Positions 30,582-40,202 of a stretch of 64,000 bases of DNA are shown here, one piece after another. Below the pieces are notes generated by a model that was given only the letters and a program-made list of their open reading frames with translations, did no database searches and had not been told where the DNA came from. Each line of letters opens with the position of its first letter. The stretch's first letter is position 1. The stretch spans positions 15,392 to 79,391 of the forward strand of contig BEHE01000009.1 in the NCBI GenBank assembly GCA_002898395.1. The letters are read 5' to 3'. The translations under genes and the position numbers were made by a program. Source of the DNA: Candidatus Calditenuaceae archaeon HR02. GTDB lineage: Archaea > Thermoproteota > Nitrososphaeria_A > Caldarchaeales > Calditenuaceae.

Positions 30582-31418
30582 TTAGTGTTTGACTATCTCT
30601 ACTCCAAGCTGTCGGAGCTTCTCAACCACGAGTCCCCTATGCTGACCATGGATACCCTTCCAGTCAATAACCGCCACACTACACCCGTCCACAACACTTC
30701 TAATAGCCTCACCCAGAAGATCGAGCGCCCCGGGGATAAAGTATTTTGGAAGTATGTGTCCAAAGTCATGCTCGCCGAGGCTCATCAGCCGGGTAAAGGT
30801 GGGTGCATAGTGTCCTCCGCCTACGCCTATCGCGGCAGACCTTGACGGCCCCGCGAGACACGCCTCAATACACGCCTCAGCCACGGCCTCCGCCGCCCTC
30901 TCGTCAGTCCTAGCCTCGACAGGCCCACCGAACTCAACGTATACCATTGGTACAGGTGAGTAGGGGCCGTGATGTGTGACCTCCAGCCCCACCCACCAGT
31001 CTCGCAGACTGCTGCTTTCCTCGACGGCCCGTCTGAGAGTGTTGTAGGCAGCCCTGATGGCACCAGCTAGTGTTAGAGACAGTGCGCGCGGTTTTCCTCC
31101 CATGCTCACGTCGCAAGTCCAGTTGCCCGTTGCGTGAGTAGTAAGTGCCTTTGTCCCACTCTCCGACCTATGGGAGGATGCTACTACTATGAGGTCTGCT
31201 TTGAGTTCCAATATCTCCTCCTCTGTGAGGTAGAGGTGGTGTTTATCGACGACTATTGCTGATACTGGGCGCCCGCGCAGAAACTCCACTCCCGCTTCTT
31301 GGACAGGCTCAAACCCAAACCTCTCTACAAGGCACTCCCTAACAAGCATTGACGAGCTATCAGCACGTGATATGAGGATAAAGCGTCCGGCCAAGGGCTT
31401 TGAAGGGTTAAACGGCAC
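30582..31418 (-). CDS. dtdA: D-aminoacyl-tRNA deacylase, archaeal type (DtdA)
   Basis: ALTTHATGNW, THHGP, GVGGGHYAP and GHILPKY motifs. Confidence 0.75.
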   Translation of the reverse strand: MPFNPSKPLAGRFILISRADSSSMLVRECLVERFGFEPVQEAGVEFLRGRPVSAIVVDKHHLYLTEEEILELKADLIVVASSHRSESGTKALTTHATGNWTCDVSMGGKPRALSLTLAGAIRAAYNTLRRAVEESSSLRDWWVGLEVTHHGPYSPVPMVYVEFGGPVEARTDERAAEAVAEACIEACLAGPSRSAAIGVGGGHYAPTFTRLMSLGEHDFGHILPKYFIPGALDLLGEAIRSVVDGCSVAVIDWKGIHGQHRGLVVEKLRQLGVEIVKH

Positions 31419-31448
31419 CCCGACTATTTATAGAGTCGTGAGTTAAGG

Positions 31449-31590
31449 ATTATCTTCTCGACTTGTTCCTTAGTTTTGTGTTGCATCTAGGGCATCTTTG
31501 TTTATGTATTGTTGGCTTTTTGAGCAGTATTTAAATCCCCTATTGTATGCATCACCCCTAGCGGCGGGATAGTATCTTAGACTCACATTT
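31449..31590. repeat. Intergenic repeat family B, copy 2
   Basis: Matches 11594..11740. Confidence 0.65.
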
Positions 31591-31927
31591 TCAAGCCTTA
31601 CCATAATGGTGTCTGGGGAGTAGTCTTACCTTGATTGGCCTCTCCCTATCTAATAATAGCTCATAATCATGTATTGGTTAGGGAGCTCTAGCTGAGCTAT
31701 TGACGTATGTTGATTTCAGTAAGTCATTTAGGAGGGTTCGTGGATACTTGAGGCTGTATCGGCGACGGTCGTATAATAGGAGGTATGGACATGCGACGCG
31801 TGAAGCGTTGGGAGGACTTACGATGGCGGTAATTGGTAGATATAGGTTGAGGGCTAGGGATCAAGAGGATGTGCTGAAGATGTGGCTGATGTTCTGAGGG
31901 GAGACATGGAGGCCGGCGGGTATACCG

Positions 31928-32188
31928 GCCCAGCAACAGTGATAAAACCCGAGGCCGGTATGACCCACGGGTTTAAACGGACTGGCATTTTCGCCAGTCA
32001 TGTCCAACACATAAACAACCGGCCTCGTTTGGGTTTCCTAGATGTTGTTGGGATGGTTGTCCGCCGGCTAACCCTCCCATCTTTCCATTGTTTGAGTGTT
32101 TAACACATCACTATGATTATCTTATCTAATGGTATTAAGTGTTTTAAGTCGCGCCTCCTCAGTCCAGCTTAGAGAGCCTTCTTGCGAC
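31928..32188. repeat. Intergenic repeat family C, copy 2
   Basis: Matches 7880..8129; helices kept by compensatory changes (gaggccgg...ccggcctc vs cgaggccgg...ccggcctcg). Confidence 0.6.
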
Positions 32189-32277
32189 TGATGGTTCTTC
32201 GCCCGTCAACTCTTTGAATAGAGGGAGTAGAAGTATCGATACAATGATAGGCAGATTAAAAGGGGCCAGGGGAAGGG

Positions 32278-32811
32278 ATGGGCGAGGCTGCCGGCCGCGT
32301 GGCAGAGGCGTTAGAGAGGGTGGGGCTCAGAAGCGAGGTTTTCACCGATCATGGTGGTTACCCAGTCGTGTGGGGGGAGCTTAGGGAGGAGCGGCATGGC
32401 ACCCTTCTAATTTATAACCACTACGATGTCCAGCCACCAGACCCCCTGGAGAAATGGGCTTCACCACCCTTCCAGCCGACCATTAGAAACGGTAGAGTGT
32501 ATGCTAGGGGTGCATGCGACAATAAGGGGAACCTAGCAGCAAGGCTATGTGCCTTAGACCTACTGCTGGACGCTATCGGCGAGGTGCCCCTAAACATCAA
32601 GTTCCTAATAGAGGGTGAAGAGGAGATTGGCAGCCCACATCTCAGCAGGCTGTTATGGTTGATGCAACAAGAGGGTGGCGGGACTATTTTTACCTGCAGA
32701 CGAGGGGGAAGAGGAATTAAACTCGCTAGGAGAAGGGATAACCATAATCATAGAAGTTGTGGAAGAGAAAAATGGTGTGTAAGACTAGGGAAAACAATAC
32801 TTGTTAGTTAA
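32278..32811 (+). pseudogene. M20-family peptidase (ArgE/DapE-like) N-terminal fragment, truncated
   Basis: NHYDVQP and GACDNKG M20 motifs are present; homology is lost after ~140 aa and the ORF runs into low-GC sequence; full-length enzymes are ~380-400 aa. Confidence 0.6.
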
Positions 32812-32947
32812 AAAAATACTGTGACCGAAATCAAAGAGGATAGAATATGTCTTTAAATCCGAACACTGAATTTTTAAACCATCTACACCATCTTCAACGA
32901 AGCCCGAAAGAACCCGGCGACCCAGCACAACGCCTTGCTGGTGATAG

Positions 32948-33832
32948 ATGTTTTATATAGGCTTCTCTTGTTGTATGGTGGTGCTTGCAACCAGCCTTAG
33001 CGGAAGGTTGAGGATAGCTCTGGCACAGGTCTCGACACGGATAGGCGATGTTAAGGCGAATAAGGTGAAGCACATAGAGTATATCGAGAAGGCGCGGAGC
33101 GAGGAGGCGGACCTAGTTGTTTTCCCCGAGCTATCGCTGACCGGCTACCTGCTGAAAGACGTCGCCTATGAGGTCCCCCGCGCCTGTGGCGAGGCCTTGG
33201 AGGAGATTAAACGTGCCTGCCGCGATATCCACGTAGTCATCGGGGTGGTTAGAGAGGTGAGGCCAGGCATCATACAGAACGCAGCAGCGATCATAGGCGA
33301 CGGAGAGATAAAGTGCATAGTCCCGAAGTTCTATCTTCCAACCTATGGCCTCTTCGAGGAGGCACGCTACTTCATGCCCGGCGACCCTCTTAGAGACCTT
33401 AAAATCTTTGAAGACAAGTTTGGGGTCTTAATCTGCGAAGACCTGTGGCATCCGGAGCCTGCAGAGGCTCTTGTAAGACTGGGTGCAGAGGTGCTCATCT
33501 GCATAGCATCATCGCCCCTTAGGGGGTTGAATAATCCGGTGGAGGGTAAACCATGGATTGACCATGCCTGGACCTCGATACTAAATGCAACAGCACTGAC
33601 GCATGCAGTCCATGTCGTCTTCGTGAATAGGGCTGGGCCGGAGGATGAGGAGTTCTTCTGGGGAGGCTCAAGGGTTGTGGGGCCGAACGGTGTAGAGCTG
33701 GCAAGATGCAAAACTATGGAGGAAGACTTCAAGATCTGCGAGATAGACCTCTCAGAAAATGCGAGGACTAGAAGGTTCAGCTCTTTCCGGATACATCTCA
33801 GGGAATTCCACCGCGCATTGTCTAGGCTCTAG
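32948..33832 (+). CDS. Carbon-nitrogen hydrolase (nitrilase superfamily), probably the glutaminase partner of NadE
   Basis: IALAQV...VVFPELSLTGY with the E-K-C triad layout; directly upstream of nadE. Confidence 0.7.
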   Translation: MFYIGFSCCMVVLATSLSGRLRIALAQVSTRIGDVKANKVKHIEYIEKARSEEADLVVFPELSLTGYLLKDVAYEVPRACGEALEEIKRACRDIHVVIGVVREVRPGIIQNAAAIIGDGEIKCIVPKFYLPTYGLFEEARYFMPGDPLRDLKIFEDKFGVLICEDLWHPEPAEALVRLGAEVLICIASSPLRGLNNPVEGKPWIDHAWTSILNATALTHAVHVVFVNRAGPEDEEFFWGGSRVVGPNGVELARCKTMEEDFKICEIDLSENARTRRFSSFRIHLREFHRALSRL

Positions 33833-33880
33833 AAATTTTCTTCCTCAGGCAGATTTTTAAACCCGTTGCGGCTGGAATGA

Positions 33881-34753
33881 TTGGATGATGTGAAATTGGC
33901 CACTAGGGTAAGCCTCCCAATCAAAGAGTTGGAGATCGATGTTGTGAAGGTCACCAGCTACCTCTGTGAGAGGCTAAGACGCTATGTCTTCGAGTACGCG
34001 GGTAGGCGAGGAGGGGTTATAGGTCTGAGTGGGGGAATAGATTCGTCTACCGCCGCCTATCTAGCGGCCCGTGCACTAAAACCCGAGAACCTCTTCTGTT
34101 ACATTCTTCCAACCTCGGCTACGCCGCAACACGACATACAGCTAGCCCAGACAGTAATTGAGGAGCTGAGAATACCTGAGGACAACTACGAGCTGATAAA
34201 CATCGACGATATTGTGAGGATATTTGCAGAGAGGCTTATGGTCGAGAACCCCCTCATAGTCGGCAACATAGCCGCGAGGGTCAGAATGATAATACTCTAC
34301 GCACAGGCGGCGAAGCATAACTGCCTCGTCATCGGAACAAGCGACAAGTCAGAGTTAACAATAGGCTACTTCACCAAGTATGGGGATGCTGGGGTAGACG
34401 TTATGCCCCTCGCCGACCTCTACAAGACCCAAATCAGGCAGCTTGCAAGGTATCTCGGCGTCCCCGAGGCGATAATCGTGAAGCCGCCGTCACCCGCTCT
34501 CTGGCCCGGCCAGACTGCGGAGGCGGAGCTTGGAATGCCATATGACCTACTCGACAGCATCCTATATCTCAGGTTCGACGCCTGGCTCAGCGAGGAGGAG
34601 GTCGCATCCCGCCTAGGAATAGACACGGAAGTTGTGGAGAAGGTCGTGAGGATGGTGAAGCAGACACAGCATAAGAGGCAACTACCCGAGATATTCAGAC
34701 TCAGTACTAGATCGCATGGATCTGACTGGAGGTATCCTAGGGAGTGGAGGTAA
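33881..34753 (+). CDS. nadE: NAD+ synthetase (NadE, PP-loop ATPase)
   Basis: GLSGGIDSS PP-loop. Confidence 0.8.
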   Translation: MDDVKLATRVSLPIKELEIDVVKVTSYLCERLRRYVFEYAGRRGGVIGLSGGIDSSTAAYLAARALKPENLFCYILPTSATPQHDIQLAQTVIEELRIPEDNYELINIDDIVRIFAERLMVENPLIVGNIAARVRMIILYAQAAKHNCLVIGTSDKSELTIGYFTKYGDAGVDVMPLADLYKTQIRQLARYLGVPEAIIVKPPSPALWPGQTAEAELGMPYDLLDSILYLRFDAWLSEEEVASRLGIDTEVVEKVVRMVKQTQHKRQLPEIFRLSTRSHGSDWRYPREWR

Positions 34754-34902
34754 ATGGATTGGCCCGAGGCACGGCTCACGGTGTTAGCTGTGCTAGCCGG
34801 CGGGTCAAAGAATGGTAAGGCTTTAATTCTGGCGTCACTCGCGATTCTACTGGCTCACAATACTTTTATATTTAGGAGATGAGTGAGCTTCAGGCACGGT
34901 GA

Positions 34903-35037
34903 TTATGAGCTACATTAGGTTCTCTGAAGAAGAGTGGGAAGAGGAGGAAGAGTGGGAGGAGGACTTCGAGGAAGAGGAGGAAGAGTGGGAGGAAGAGGAG
35001 TGGGAAGAGGAGGAGTTAGAGGAAGAGGAGGAGGTAT
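34903..35037 (+). CDS. Micro-ORF encoding a 44-aa E/W/F-only acidic peptide (MSYIRFSEEEWEEEEEWEEDFEEEEEEWEEEEWEEEELEEEEEV) on a homopurine tract
   Basis: ATG ~35 nt downstream of ttttatattt TATA-like box; uninterrupted GAR-repeat DNA; could be simple-sequence DNA rather than a gene. Confidence 0.25.
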
Positions 35038-35189
35038 AGTCTAAGCCACCGATAACCAGAATTTTTTATTTAGAGGGTCTAGGACAGTTTTCTCATTGCG
35101 AGGTTTACCGAAATTTGGATACACTGGCCTCCGCGGTTAGGGCTTATCGCTGGATAAGCGTTATAACACTGGTGCGAGAATAGTTATAC

Positions 35190-36086
35190 ATGCCTAAGCT
35201 TGAGGAGAGGAGATTACAGCAACTTCGGGGAAGCTCCTATGTTTTGACACTCCCGAAGGACTGGGTGGAGGAGCTGGGGCTCGGTAAGGGGTCTAGTGTT
35301 TTCCTGCTTGCGGAGCCGGGGCTCCTGATAGTTGTTCCAGGGGAGAGGGCTGGTTATCCTCTAGTGGATGTGGAGTTGGATGTAATAGGTGTTGGACGTC
35401 TTGAGGAGTTAACTAAAGCCCTGTATAAGATTGGTGTGAGCCAAGTGAAGTTTAGGACGCGCGAGCCAGTTCAACAAGTTATAAGTAGGCTTAGGAAGAT
35501 GAGAGGAGAGGTTCACGGCCTCATAGCCACCACTCCTAGTGAGAACGAGGTTTTAGCCTCCTTTTCCGACGAAGTCTTCGCAAGTCTAGACCATGGTATC
35601 AGAGTTTTTTTGACGACTCTGGTCTCAGCAGCCCAATCAGTTGCGAGAGATGTGGGCTCCGGATATACTGCATCACTGCCTGATGAGCTGGCTGACTGCC
35701 GCCTATACGCCCTCGCTCTCTTCAGATATGCCTCAGGGCTGATAACCAAAGCCTCTAGAGACTTGATAGTCCGAGCCCTTCCCATAGCTAGCCTGGTCTC
35801 AGCCCGGATGCTAGACCTCTGCGAGGCTTTTGAAGACGTTATGACTGACAGTGGGGGAGAAGACCTCTCACAGTTGGTCAAGACCTTTACTACATTTGTC
35901 TCCGAGCTCATAGACGCTATTGGTGGTGATTTTGAGGCGTTGGAGAGGGTGGAGGAGAAGGTGGAGAAGGTTTTGGCTGGTAGGAGGTTGGAAGACCGCC
36001 GGGCTTGTACGCTGTTTGTGGTGTTGTCAAAAGTGGTTGAGAGTCTTAAGGAGCTCGCACTCGTCAAGGCTGTGCTTACTGCTTGA
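35190..36086 (+). CDS. SpoVT/AbrB-domain + PhoU-like domain regulator, paralog 2
   Basis: N-terminal YVLTLPKDWVEELGLGKGSSV; same architecture as 24866..25915. Confidence 0.55.
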   Translation: MPKLEERRLQQLRGSSYVLTLPKDWVEELGLGKGSSVFLLAEPGLLIVVPGERAGYPLVDVELDVIGVGRLEELTKALYKIGVSQVKFRTREPVQQVISRLRKMRGEVHGLIATTPSENEVLASFSDEVFASLDHGIRVFLTTLVSAAQSVARDVGSGYTASLPDELADCRLYALALFRYASGLITKASRDLIVRALPIASLVSARMLDLCEAFEDVMTDSGGEDLSQLVKTFTTFVSELIDAIGGDFEALERVEEKVEKVLAGRRLEDRRACTLFVVLSKVVESLKELALVKAVLTA

Positions 36087-36837
36087 TGGCGAAGAGCTCT
36101 ATGGCTACGTGGAGCTTCGAGGGAGAATAGCTCTTAATGACCCTCTGGCCCAGGAGCCTCGCCTTGTATCCCAGTCTCTCGGCAGTGGATATGGCCTTGG
36201 CTGCCAGTTCACCTTCCCTCCCCCTCACAGCTAAGCTGTGGAGATGGATAATTCCCCCAGCTGATGAGAGCGTGTCCAGAGCATATGGGAGGAAGCTGAC
36301 TGTGTTATGAAGGTACCCCATTATGACCCTGTCCGCTACCTGGCCTATTTGCTTAGCAACTTCTCTGCAGTCTCCGAGATGGGGTACAACTATCTCCGAG
36401 ACCCTATTCCTCTCGATATTCTTGACTAGAAATCCGTAGGCGTCTGGATTAATCTCTATTGCGTGTATTTTCTTAGGCCTGGCGTGGTATGCTATAGGGA
36501 TGCTGAACTGCCCTACACCTGCAAACATGTCTACGACCACCTCCCAGCTCCTGACCATGGCCGCGGTCCTAATCCTCTCAAACTTGTTCCCGAGACAGAA
36601 CATCAAGCTGGCTGGGTCGAGCTCAAACTCCACACCATATTCGCGATAAACTATGGAGTCAGGAGTGGCGCCCCAGAGAACCTCTATCCTCGGCCTCCTA
36701 TACTCACCCTCTATTCCCCAATACCTCAGTATCGCCTTGACATTCGGGTGGCTCTTCAGTATCCGCCTGACTGTCTCCTCGACGTCGCTCGACTCTTCCG
36801 GCCTAACCAGCGCAACGCCGCCAAACAGCTTAACCAC
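36076..36837 (-). CDS. Class I SAM-dependent tRNA methyltransferase, Trm5/Taw2 (Met-10+) family
   Basis: VVDMFAGVGQFSIPIA SAM-binding motif; NPxAY-like motif. Confidence 0.65.
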   Translation of the reverse strand: MVKLFGGVALVRPEESSDVEETVRRILKSHPNVKAILRYWGIEGEYRRPRIEVLWGATPDSIVYREYGVEFELDPASLMFCLGNKFERIRTAAMVRSWEVVVDMFAGVGQFSIPIAYHARPKKIHAIEINPDAYGFLVKNIERNRVSEIVVPHLGDCREVAKQIGQVADRVIMGYLHNTVSFLPYALDTLSSAGGIIHLHSLAVRGREGELAAKAISTAERLGYKARLLGQRVIKSYSPSKLHVAIELFAIKQ

Positions 36838-36871
36838 TCCGAAGAAGCCTAACCGAGTCCATAGATAAAAC

Positions 36872-37009
36872 CGTAACCCTGGGGCTTAGAGGGTCCGTTA
36901 AGTTGGTATTACTGAGATGCTGCCTGGATGAATAAATCGCCTCAACCATTGCCTATAGTTGGTTTTAAGACTTATAAACTAGCAACTCTTAAATAAAATT
37001 TAACGGACC
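36872..37009. mobile_element. MITE-like 120-bp AT-rich insertion with 11-bp terminal inverted repeats and 9-bp target-site duplication
   Basis: gggcttaga | gggtccgttaa ...(98 bp AT-rich)... ttaacggaccc | gggcttaga. Confidence 0.55.
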
Positions 37010-37063
37010 CGGGCTTAGAAAAGGAAAAATCTTAGAGGCGCAGACAGAGTCGACGATATAGCG

Positions 37064-37537
37064 TTGAGGGAGACGACCACGCTTGAGGATTACTTAAAGG
37101 AACATGGGGTAGATGCGCGCATAATATTTTTTGAGGGGCACGTGAAAACCGTGGCCGCTGCGGCAAAGCGGCTTGGTGTGGGGGCGGAGCGAATAATCAA
37201 GAGTATCCTGTTCATAGATGATAAAGGTGGGCCCGTCCTCGCCATTGTCAGGGGCGACAGGAGGGTGAGCGAGTATAAGCTTGCGAGACTGATTGGTGTG
37301 AGGAGTGTCAGGATCGCCACTCCGGAAGAGACGCTGGTGCACACAGGCTACGAAGTGGGTGCGGTTCCCCCAATAGGGTTGAAGTCGAGTGTTCGCGTGG
37401 TCATCGACTCTGAGATTGTACGTCTCGATAGGGTCTATGGTGGCGGTGGTAGCCAAAACGCACTGGTTGAGATTTCTCCTGCCGATATTCAGAGGCTGAC
37501 TGGTGGCGTGGTAGGGGATATAGTCGTGCCTACTTAG
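37064..37537 (+). CDS. YbaK/ProX-type aminoacyl-tRNA deacylase
   Basis: KSILFIDDKGGPVLAIVRGDRRVSEYKLARLIGV and VGAVPPIG match the YbaK family. Confidence 0.7.
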   Translation: MRETTTLEDYLKEHGVDARIIFFEGHVKTVAAAAKRLGVGAERIIKSILFIDDKGGPVLAIVRGDRRVSEYKLARLIGVRSVRIATPEETLVHTGYEVGAVPPIGLKSSVRVVIDSEIVRLDRVYGGGGSQNALVEISPADIQRLTGGVVGDIVVPT

Positions 37538-37546
37538 AGACCAACA

Positions 37547-37556
37547 CATATATAAT
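37547..37556 (+). promoter_or_regulatory. TATA box (atatataat) ~30 nt upstream of the S25e start; implies a leaderless transcript
   Basis: AT-rich TATA-like hexamer in a GC-rich context at archaeal promoter spacing. Confidence 0.4.
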
Positions 37557-37577
37557 GGCCGGCTAGAAGGTTGGTGG

Positions 37578-37958
37578 TTGTCTCAGAAACAGCAGACAAG
37601 ACAGGCTGAAAAGGCTAAGCCAGTAGAGAAGCGCGTACTTGGCTTATCAGTCAGCAACGTCGCTGAGATCGAGTCCTTCGCCAAATCCCAGCCCTACCTC
37701 ACCCCATACCTTATTGCAGAGAGATTTGGTGTTAGACTATCCGTAGCTAAGAGGTTTCTGAGAGAGTTGGCCGAGAAGGGGGTTCTAAGACCGCTTGAAG
37801 GTGTCACGAGGCTGAAGCTCTACGTACCGACGACAGAGGTTAAGATCACTCCACACAAGCCTCAGACCGCTGAACAGACGGTTGAGGAAGGAGAGGTTGT
37901 AGGTGTGGCTGCTAAGAAAAAAGCCAAGGGGAAGGCTGCTAAGCCTAAGAAGAAATAG
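37578..37958 (+). CDS. rps25e: 30S ribosomal protein S25e
   Basis: Winged-helix core LTPYLIAERFGVRLSVAKRFLRELAEKGVL resembles eS25; Lys-rich tail. Confidence 0.5.
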   Translation: MSQKQQTRQAEKAKPVEKRVLGLSVSNVAEIESFAKSQPYLTPYLIAERFGVRLSVAKRFLRELAEKGVLRPLEGVTRLKLYVPTTEVKITPHKPQTAEQTVEEGEVVGVAAKKKAKGKAAKPKKK

Positions 37959-38337
37959 ACTCATCCCTGGCCTCCGTAACGACTATACGTGCGCCCTGCC
38001 TCAAGTTCTTGAGACCGCTGGGGTCGCTGGTCAGTCTACCAATCCTGACAGCCTGCACCGGCGGCGGTATCGGCTCCACCACAAAGGCGATAGCTGGGAT
38101 TGAGGGCCAGTAGAGAATGTCCCCAGGCTCAACTTTTTTGGCCTCCTTCTCAGCTCCTCTCCTTATCTCGACTTGGAAGTATGCAAGCCCGCCTGACAGT
38201 GCCAAGGCGCCACTCAGGGGAAGAGCCCTGACCACCCTATCATAAGTCATAGGGGCCAAGTATCTGTTAAGCTCCCCCTGCAGTTCAACTCCACCTTCAA
38301 TCTGGATTCTGATCTGTGTGGATGGTCTGAAGGGCAT
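37945..38337 (-). CDS. Cyclophilin-like fold protein (TM1367-like)
   Basis: GDILYWPSIPAIAFVV...AVRIGRL...LKNLRQGARIVV aligns by eye with TM1367-family proteins. Confidence 0.5.
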   Translation of the reverse strand: MPFRPSTQIRIQIEGGVELQGELNRYLAPMTYDRVVRALPLSGALALSGGLAYFQVEIRRGAEKEAKKVEPGDILYWPSIPAIAFVVEPIPPPVQAVRIGRLTSDPSGLKNLRQGARIVVTEARDESISS

Positions 38338-38345
38338 CTAGGGCG

Positions 38346-40136
38346 TCACTGCCCCTTCTGCTCTTCCTTGCCGACCTCGCCACTACTCTGCTGATAGATC
38401 ACTGCACCTATTTCCTGCGCAACCTTCCTCAGAGACTCCATTGAAGACTTTATACCCTGTATGTCGGACTTCTTCAGCGCATCCCTCAGCTTGTCAGAGG
38501 CGTCCTTTATCTTACTCCTTGTCTCTTCACTGAGCTTCGAGCCATACTCACTCATCGCCTTGTCTACTGTGTAGAGTAGGGACTCGGCCTCATTCTTCAG
38601 CATTGCCTCCTCCTTCCTGCGCCTATCCTGCTCTGCATACTGCTCGGCCTCCCTAATCATCCGCTCAATCTCTTCACGGGAGAGCCTGTGGGGAGCTGTT
38701 ATCTTCACGCTCATCTCCTTACTCGTCCCCAAGTCTTTAGCGGTAACGGTTAAAATTCCATCAGCATTTATGTCGAACGTTACCTCGATTCGCGGGACAC
38801 CGCGCGGGGCAGGCGGAATCCCATCCAATATGAACCTCCCCAATGATACGTTGTCGGCAGCCATCGGCCTCTCACCTTGAACGACATGTATCTCCACTGA
38901 TGTCTGGAAGTCAGAGGCGGTTGTGAAGATTTTGCTCCGTCTGACCGGTATTGTCGTGTTTCTCTCGATTAGCGGCTCGACCAGCCCACCTAGCACCTCG
39001 ACGCCAAGCGTGAGCGGCGTGACGTCTAAGAGTACAATGTCCTTGCCCTTCAGCTCCCCGGTCAGTATTGCCGCCTGAATCGCCGCGCCAGCAGCCACGC
39101 ACTCCATCGGATCTATTCCACGCTCAGGCTCCTTACCAAGCGTCCTTTTTAGAAACTCTCTTATAATCGGCATCCTCGTAGGCCCACCAACTAAGATGAT
39201 CTTGTCTATATCTTCGGGCTTGAGCTTGGCGTCCTTCAGCGCCTGCTCTATGGGCCCTCTACACCTCTCGATAATAGGTGCGACGAGCTCCTCAAGCTTT
39301 GCCCTTGTCAGGACGTGGGTGAAGTGTTTAGGCCCACTTGCGTCCTGGGCGATGAACGGCAGGTTTATCTCTGTCTCGTAGACGTTTGAGAGCTCTATCT
39401 TTGCCCTTTCAGCGGCTTCGCGGAGCCTGTTCATGGCTACCGGGTCTTTTGTCAGGTCTATTCCCGTCTCCCTTCTAAACGTCTCCACCAAGTAATTGAC
39501 TATTGCATCGTCCATGTCTCTGCCTCCGAGCTGGGTATCGCCTGAAGTAGCCTTTACCTCGAAAACACCTCCACCGAATTCCATTATCGTAACATCAAGC
39601 GTCCCACCACCTAAATCAAAAACAAGAATCTTCATCTCCTTCTCCAGCTTATCAAGACCGTACGCGAGGGCGGCAGCCGTGGGCTCATTTATTATCCTAA
39701 GAACCTTCAGCCCTGCGATCTCGGCAGCATCCTTTGTTGCCTGCCTCTGGTTATCGTTAAAGTATGCGGGCACCGTTATGACGGCCTCCTTAACCTCCTC
39801 GCCGAGATAAGCCTCCGCGTCGCGCTTTATCTTCTGGAGTAGGAAGGCGGAGAGCTGCTGGGGAGTAAACTCTTTACCGTGCAGCCTATACTTGTAGTCT
39901 GTACCCATCTTCCTCTTGAAACCAGTGACCGTGCCTTCAGGGTTAGTAACAGCCTGCCGCCTCGCAGGTTCGCCGACCAGGAGTTGTCCATCCTTCGTGA
40001 ACGCCACATAGGATGGGAAAGCCTTTCCATAGAGTGTGACGCCTTCGGTGCTCGGAATCAGTGTCGGCCTGCCACCAACCACCACGGCCGCGGCCGAGTT
40101 ACTTGTCCCGAGGTCAATGCCGATGGCCTTCGCCAT
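38346..40136 (-). CDS. dnaK: Chaperone DnaK (Hsp70)
   Basis: [18 protein letters not shown] and full-length Hsp70 architecture. Confidence 0.95.
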   Translation of the reverse strand: MAKAIGIDLGTSNSAAAVVVGGRPTLIPSTEGVTLYGKAFPSYVAFTKDGQLLVGEPARRQAVTNPEGTVTGFKRKMGTDYKYRLHGKEFTPQQLSAFLLQKIKRDAEAYLGEEVKEAVITVPAYFNDNQRQATKDAAEIAGLKVLRIINEPTAAALAYGLDKLEKEMKILVFDLGGGTLDVTIMEFGGGVFEVKATSGDTQLGGRDMDDAIVNYLVETFRRETGIDLTKDPVAMNRLREAAERAKIELSNVYETEINLPFIAQDASGPKHFTHVLTRAKLEELVAPIIERCRGPIEQALKDAKLKPEDIDKIILVGGPTRMPIIREFLKRTLGKEPERGIDPMECVAAGAAIQAAILTGELKGKDIVLLDVTPLTLGVEVLGGLVEPLIERNTTIPVRRSKIFTTASDFQTSVEIHVVQGERPMAADNVSLGRFILDGIPPAPRGVPRIEVTFDINADGILTVTAKDLGTSKEMSVKITAPHRLSREEIERMIREAEQYAEQDRRRKEEAMLKNEAESLLYTVDKAMSEYGSKLSEETRSKIKDASDKLRDALKKSDIQGIKSSMESLRKVAQEIGAVIYQQSSGEVGKEEQKGQ

Positions 40137-40202
40137 ATGACCCCACCATTATTGTAGGATGTGGTAGAGGAATATTAACCAATTGTCTGAGACAAGTCTT
40201 CA

